A stretch of DNA of 64,000 nucleotides from an uncultured Gemmataceae bacterium (GTDB taxonomy: Bacteria; Planctomycetota; Planctomycetia; Gemmatales; Gemmataceae): the NCBI GenBank assembly GCA_963750165.1, contig CAVVPN010000012.1:96001-160000 (forward strand), written 5' to 3'. The translations under genes were made by a program, and so were the position numbers. Of the stretch, positions 57,931-64,000 are shown piece by piece. The notes under the pieces are model-generated. The model was not told the origin of the DNA, ran no database searches, and worked only from the letters and a program-made list of their open reading frames with translations. Positions within the stretch are counted from its first letter, which is position 1. Every line of letters starts with the position of its first letter.

Positions 57931-60900
57931 TCAGGGCTTTTTCCCCCCTTGCTTCTGCGACTGCTTGAGCGCCGCGCGTTCCTTGGTCCACCGGGCCACG
58001 GCGTCTGGCTGGCCCAACGCCTCGTACAACCGCACCAGCCGCTCGACCGCCTCGACCAGACGCACCTGCCCTGGCGGCGGAATTTGCGCCTGCTGCTGTT
58101 TCATCCCCTCGTACCCCTTGAGCAGCAACGGTTCGGCGTCCGCGTACTTCTTCTGGCCCAGCAGCACCCCGCCCAGAATCGACCGTGTGTTGGCCGTCGT
58201 CCAGGCGTCCGGCTGGGTCTTCTCGCGGAGGGCCAAACACTCGCGCAACAACGGTTCGGCATCGTCCCAGCGCTGCAATTGCAGCAACGCGAAGCCGCCC
58301 TGGGCGAGCACGCCCGCCAACTGCGGACTGTCCTTGGGCCACCGCTTGCGCGCCACCGGCAACGCCTCCGGGAGCAACTGGGCGAGTTTGCCGTGCTCGC
58401 CCGCCAACGTATAGGCCTCCAGCAAGGGCAGCACGACCCAGGTCAATTGGGGCACTTTCGGACTGCCCCGATGGGCTGCTTCGAGCAGCGGCAGCGCCTC
58501 CTGGAAGCGGCCCGCGTCCTTGTAGCTCACCCCCAGGTTGGCCTTGGCCCGCAGCGTGTCCGGGTGGTTGGCGCCGTCCTTCCTGGCCAGTCGCGTTTTC
58601 AGCACTTCCTCAAACACCGGGATGGACTTGTCCAGTTGCCGCAGTTGCCAGTACACCACGCCGAGTTGGGTCAGGCTGTTCAAGGTCTCGGCGTGGTCGG
58701 GACCGAGGCGGGCTTTGCGGAGTTTCACGACCTCGACCAGCAGCGGCAGGGCCAGTTCTCGCTTGCCGGCTTTCAGATGCGCCTGTGCCTGTTGGTGTTT
58801 GGCGGTCTCGTCCTTGACCTGTTTTTCCTCCTTGGTTTGCGGCGCTTGCTCGCGGACGGTCAGGGTGAAGGCGCCGCGGCCTGCGTTTCGGAACGAGCTG
58901 GCCTCGATGCGGTAGGTGTCGTCCTGGGGCGCGCGGAAGACGATGCGCGCGTTCAGGTTGTCGGGGGCGATGTCGTCGTTTTCTGCCAGTTGCTTGCCCG
59001 CGGCATCATAAAGGAACAGGTACGGATCGAGAGCTTTCGTGTCGGGGCTGACCATGTGGATGTCGTAGGTCTTGCCGGCCAGCAACTTCACCTGGTAGAG
59101 GAGTGCCGGCGTCTGGGCATCCAGTTGGCCCTGGAGTCGCAACCCCTTGCCGACCTCGTGGACCGGGCCGGCCAGTTTGCCCGTCGCCTGCTCCGCCTGC
59201 TTTTGCAGCGCCGCCACGTCGGCCCAGAGTTGGGTGAACCCCGCCCGTTCCTCCGCGTCCAGTTTGGCCAGCGCCGCCGCGTCACGGAGGCTGGCCAGGT
59301 CGCGGTCCTGCTGCCAGTGCTGGAGCATCTGCCGCACGAACGGGCGGGCGCTGACCGGGCCGCTCGCGATCAGTTTGGCGTGCGCGGCCAGGTCGGCGCG
59401 CAGCCAGTCGAGCGCCTGCCGGCGCAGGCGGGCCTTCTCCGTGTCGTCGAGTTGGGCGGCGTCCTCGCCCTGGCCGGCGGCGGCCAGCGCGGCGGAACAG
59501 GCGGCGTTGTAGCGGAACGAGGCTTGCAGGTTGTCGGCCAATTTGGAGGAGTCGGCGAAGGCGTCCGCGGACAGGCGTGCCGCGGCGGCGTGCAGTCGTT
59601 TTAACTTACACAGCATCGCGAAAACCAGGCTCTCATCGGCGGAGGAGGGCTGGGATTCTTTTTGGAGGAGGCGCGGCAAGCGCTCCTCCAGCTTCAGGAA
59701 ACGCTCACAGAGCTGCAACTGCTTGGTGACAAGCGCGCGCAGGGGGTCCCGTTCGGGGAGCAGTTTGAGGGCGCGGGCCGAGGCGTCGCGGGCCTCGCCA
59801 AAGCGGCCCGTGGCGAGCAAGGCCCTCCCGAGGCCTCCGTGGGCATGGGCGAGTTTCGGGTCGAGGGCGATGGACTTTCGGTAGCTGGCGATGGCCTCCT
59901 CCAACTGGCGCTTGTCAAACAGCGCAGTGCCCAGATTGGAGTGGGCCTTGGCGTGCTTCGGGTCGAGGGCGATGGCCTTTCGGAAGCTGGCGATGGCCTC
60001 CTCCACCTGACCCTTAGCGCACAGCGCAATGCCCAGGTCACTGTGGGGCCCGGCGTACTTCGGGTCGAGGTCGATGGCCGTGCGGTAGCAGGCGATGGCC
60101 TCCTCCACCTGACCGTTGACCCGCAGCGCATTGCCCATGTTGTAGTGGGCCGGGGCGTACTTCGGGGCGATTGCGATGGCCTTTTGGTAGCTGGCGATGG
60201 CCTCCTCCAATTGGCCCTTGTCCTGCAGCGCATTGCCCAGGCTGTAGTGGGCCAGGACGTGTTCCGGGTCGATTGCGATGGTCGCGCGGAAGCTGGTGAT
60301 GGCCTCCTCCACCTGGCCATTGGCAACCAGCGCAAGGCCCAGGCTGTAGTGGGCCGGGGCGTTGTCCGGGTCGATTGCGATGGTCGTGCGGAAGCTGGCG
60401 ATGGCCTTCTCCACCTGGCCCTTGGCCCGCAGCGCAAGGCCCAGGTACATGTGGGCCTGGGCGCGCGTCGGGTCGATTGCGATGGCCTTTTGGTAGCAGG
60501 CGATGGCCTCCTCCAACTGGCCCTTGCCTTGCAGCGCAAGGCCCAGACCGGCGTGGTCCGAGGCGTATTTCGGGTCGAGGGCGATGGCCGCGCGGTAGCA
60601 GGCGATGGCCTCCTCCAACTGGCCCTTGGCCCGCAGCGCATTGCCCAGGTTAGCATGGGCACGGGCGAACTTCTTGTCGATTGCGATGGCCGTGCGGTAG
60701 CAGGCGATGGCCTCCTCCAACTGGCCCTTGGCCCGCAGCGCAGCGCCCAGGTTGCTGTGGGGCAGGGCGTATTTCGGGTCGAGGGCGATGGCCGTGCGGT
60801 GGCAGGCGATGGCCTCCTCCACCTCGCCCTTGTGATGCAGTGCAGCGCCCAGGTTGGCGTGGGCGATACTGCTTTTGGGGGCGACCCCGACCGCCGCCTG

Positions 60901-62963
60901 ATACCAGCGCAGGCTCTCCTCGACCTCCTCCCGGAACCTGTTGGTGGAGGGGAGCCCCAGGGCCATGAGCAGCCCCAGGTCCCCCGGGCGTTGCCTCACC
61001 GCCACCCGCAACAGTTCCCGACTCCGCTTCTCCGGCAAATCCCGGATCTCGCTCAGAAAGGCCACGAACCCCGGCGGCTGCTCCGCTGCCTGTGCTTGCC
61101 CCCCTAATGCCACCAACTTGTCCCGGTCCTGCGCCATCAGGGCATCGCGTACCGCGTCCCGATACGCATCCGGGTCGGCCCCCTGCAGCACCTCCCGCAC
61201 CCACGGCAGCTGCTCCACCCGCAGCCACCAATCCAGGGCAGACACCAGCCGCTCCCGCACCGCCGATTGGGACACGCGCGCCGCCGCCTCCCGCGCCGAG
61301 GCCGACGCGGGACTCAGGCCGAATTGCTTCAGCACGGCACGGAACCTGGCACCCACCGCCGCCGGGTCCGGCAACTTTTGGTCGTCCACCGTCCAGCGGA
61401 ACTGATCCACTTTATCCAGTTCTTGCAACCACGTCAGGTCTTCCCCGAGCCGGGCACGCCGCCCGTCCAGCGCCTCCGCCCCGCCCTCGTCCGCCCGCTT
61501 CTGCGCCGCCTGCAACAACACCGCGGCCTTGGCCGCATCACGGGCCTGCAACGCCTCCGTGGTCTGGTCGAGCAGCCCCGCCACCGCCTCGGCGTTGCGC
61601 TGCTGCCGCTCCTGTTCGGCCACCGCTCCCGTCAAATAGATGATCGCGCCCACGGCGCCGCCCAGCACGGCCAGCAGCACCGTCGCCGCCAGCGCCACCG
61701 TCAGCCGCCGCCGCTTGCCCTCTTCCCGGGCCTTGGCCTGGGCCGCCGCCTCGGCCAGTTCCGCCTGGCGCAGGCGCTCCTGCACCCCATCCAGGTAGGC
61801 CGTTAGAGCCGCCGCCACCGCGTTCGCGTCCGCCGGCCGGTCCACCGCCTCGGGGGACAGGCACGCCTTCGTCAGGGCGACCAGTTCCGCGTCCGCCCCG
61901 CAGCCGTCCAGGCGCGCCGTGGCGTCCGCCAGGTCGCCGTTGGCCGCCTTGCGCCGCACCTCCTCGGAAGACCGGCCCACGTAGGGCGGCTTGCCGGTCA
62001 AGACCTCGCACAGGATCGCGCCCAGGCCGAAGACATCGGCGCGGCGGTCGAGGGTGGCCACCGCGCCGTTGGCCTGCTCGGGCGGCATGTACGCCGGCGT
62101 GCCCAGAAGCGTGCCGGCCTCCGTGTCCGAACCACCGCCCGAAGAGCCGCTGCTGCGCGCCGTGCGGATCTGCGTGCCGTCGTCCTGGTGTTGCCGGCTG
62201 GCGCGCTCCTCGTCGGCGATGCCGCCCTCGGCCAGCACCTTGGCCAGGCCCCAGTCCATCACCTGCACCTCGCCGAACGACCCCACCATGATGTTCGCCG
62301 GCTTCAGGTCGCGGTGGATCACGCCCTTGGCGTGGGCGTACGCCAGCGCCTGCGCCACCTGCAACGCCACCGCCAGGAAGCGCGGCCGGTCGGCGCTCAG
62401 ATCGGGTCGCGCGGCCAGCAGCGCCGCCAGCGTCTGGCCCTTGACCAGCTTCATGGTGAAGAACGGGCGCTCGCCGAAGCGGCCGACGTCGTAGACGGGC
62501 ACGACGCCGGGGTGCTGCAGCTGGCCGCCGATCTGCGCCTCTTCCAGGAAGCGGCGCACCACCTCGGGGCGGTCGGCGTGCTTCTCCAGCAGGACCTTGA
62601 CGGCCAGGTCGCGGCCCAGGTCCACGTCACGGCCGCGCAGTACCGCGCCCATGCCGCCGCGGGCGATCTCGCCAAAGAGTTGGTAGCGGTCCCCGGTCTG
62701 CTCCGGCGGCGGCAGGGCGTCGGAGTGCGGCTTGACGACGTGGGCGCTCTCGCCCTCGGCTTCCTTGAGTAGCACCGGTCGCTGCGCCGCGCCAGGCTCG
62801 AGCGCGGCGCCGCCGCCGGGCCGAAGGCAGCGGCCAGGCCGGCGTCGAGCGCGTCGGCGGGGGCGGAGGGCTCATCGACGGTGCGGTTGTCGTCGTGCAG
62901 TTCCGCCCCAGGAGGGGTCGGCGGCTTGTCCGTCGTGCGCTGGGGATCGTGGGCTTGGTTCAT
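57931..62963 (-). CDS. Ser/Thr kinase - TM - TPR array - PPC-like domain - TPR (apparent frameshift ~62790)
   Basis: Motifs IARGGMG, LAVKVL, HRDLKPAN, DWGLAK and GTPAYMPPEQ, then DPYLFLYD.AG..LAENDD. The N-terminus MNQAHDP starts at 62963. Confidence 0.88.
59846..60865 (-). repeat. Ten tandem 102-bp TPR-coding repeats
   Basis: Recurring AH.NLG.AL..KGQ(L/V)EEAIA(C/S)(Y/F)R.AIA(L/I)DP unit. Confidence 0.9.
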
Positions 62964-64000
62964 GGCATTTTCTCCCCTTGCTTCTGCGACTGCTTGAGCG
63001 CCTTGCGTTCCTTGGTCCACCGGGCGACGGCGTCTGGCTGGCCCAACGCCTCGTACAAGCGCACCAGCCGCTCGACCGCCTCGACCAGACGCACCTGCCC
63101 TGGCGGCGGAATTTGCGCCTGCTGCTGCTTCATGCCCGCGTACCCCTTGAGCAGCAACGGTTCGGCGTCCGCGTACTTCTTCTGGCCCAGCAGCACCCCG
63201 CCCAGCATCGACCGTGTGCTGGCCGTCGTCCAGACCTCCGGCTGGGTCTTTTCGCGGAGGGCCAAACTCTCGCGCAACAACGGTTCGGCATCGTCCCAGC
63301 GCTGCAGGTGCAGCAACGCCATGCCGCCCTGGGCGAGCACGCCCGCCAACTGCGGACTGTCCCTGGGCAGCAGCTTGCGCCACCGGCACCGCCTCCGGGA
63401 GCAACTGAGCGAGTTTGGCGTGCTCGCCCGCCAACGTATAGGCCTCCAGCAACGGCAGCACGACCCAGGTCAATTGAGGCACTTTCGGACTGCCCCGATG
63501 GGCTGCTTCGAGCAACGGCAGCGCCTCTTTGAAGCGGCCCGCGTCCTTGTAGCTCACCCCCAGGTTGGCCTTGGCCAGCAGCGTGTCCGGGTGGTTGGCG
63601 CCGTCCTTGGCCTGTCGCGCCTTCAGCACTTCCTCGAACACCGGGATGGACCTGTCCAGTTGCCGCAGTTGCCAGTACACCACGCCAAGTTGGTTCAGGC
63701 TGTTCAAGGTCTCGGCGTGGTCGGGACCGAGGCGGGCTTTGCGGAGTTTCACGACCTCGACCAGCAGCGGCAGGGCCAGTTCCCGCTTGCCGGCTTTCAG
63801 GCGCGCCAGCGCCTGTTGGTGTTTGGCGATCTCGTCCGCGAGCTGCTTTTCCTCCTTGGTTTTTTCTGCCTGCTCGCGGACGGTCAGGGTGAAGGCGCCG
63901 CGGCCGACGTTGAACGAGGAGGCCTCGATGCGGTAGGTGCCGTCCTGCTGAGAGCGGAAGACGATGCGCGCGTTGAGGCCGCCGCCGCTGTCGTCGTCTT
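62960..64000 (-). CDS. C-terminal part (PPC-like + TPR) of a tandem paralog, 5' end outside window (apparent frameshift ~63375)
   Basis: Near-duplicate of 57931-58985. Its TGA overlaps the ATG of the downstream kinase (ATGA). Confidence 0.85.

Noticed and set aside
57931..64000. Possible diversity-generating retroelement (TR/VR pair)
   Set aside because: Both copies are coding, the differences are not adenine-specific, and there is no reverse transcriptase in the window.
1..64000. rRNA/tRNA genes, prophage or defence genes
   Set aside because: None recognised by eye. A tRNAscan/Infernal run would be needed to exclude small RNAs.

Overview
High-GC window that looks planctomycete, probably Gemmataceae-like. 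The basis is the TIGR02999-type ECF/Ser-Thr kinase pair, DUF1559, 'LE.LE.R..PA' N-terminal motifs and many REP palindromes. From left to right: (1) a single-ORF IS66 inserted into the left end of an IS1380 copy; (2) two directly oriented IS1380 copies sharing one in-frame TAG and bracketing ECF sigma, kinase-WD40-TPR, an RTX protein and mddA; (3) a 2-kb zone of gene remnants; (4) a minus-strand surface locus of DUF1559, lipoprotein, a ~5,440-aa cohesin/dockerin-like modular protein and a PEP-CTERM cohesin-like protein, with a 38-bp motif shared by two promoters; (5) an 11-kb catabolic cluster (SDR, GH15, ThDP enzyme, enolase-family, FAD/Fe-S oxidase, DUF296) flanked by ~156-bp direct repeats; (6) an Rrf2-sufB-orphan-sufC-sufD-sufS/E operon with a SufS-SufE fusion; (7) two secreted proteins; (8) tandem TPR-rich kinases. 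Several conserved genes show isolated frameshifts that are probably sequencing indels. The best candidate for an undescribed system is a co-regulated cohesin-dockerin/PEP-CTERM surface-display module whose giant subunit is built by nested domain-in-domain insertion. All domain calls are by-eye motif recognition; no searches were run.
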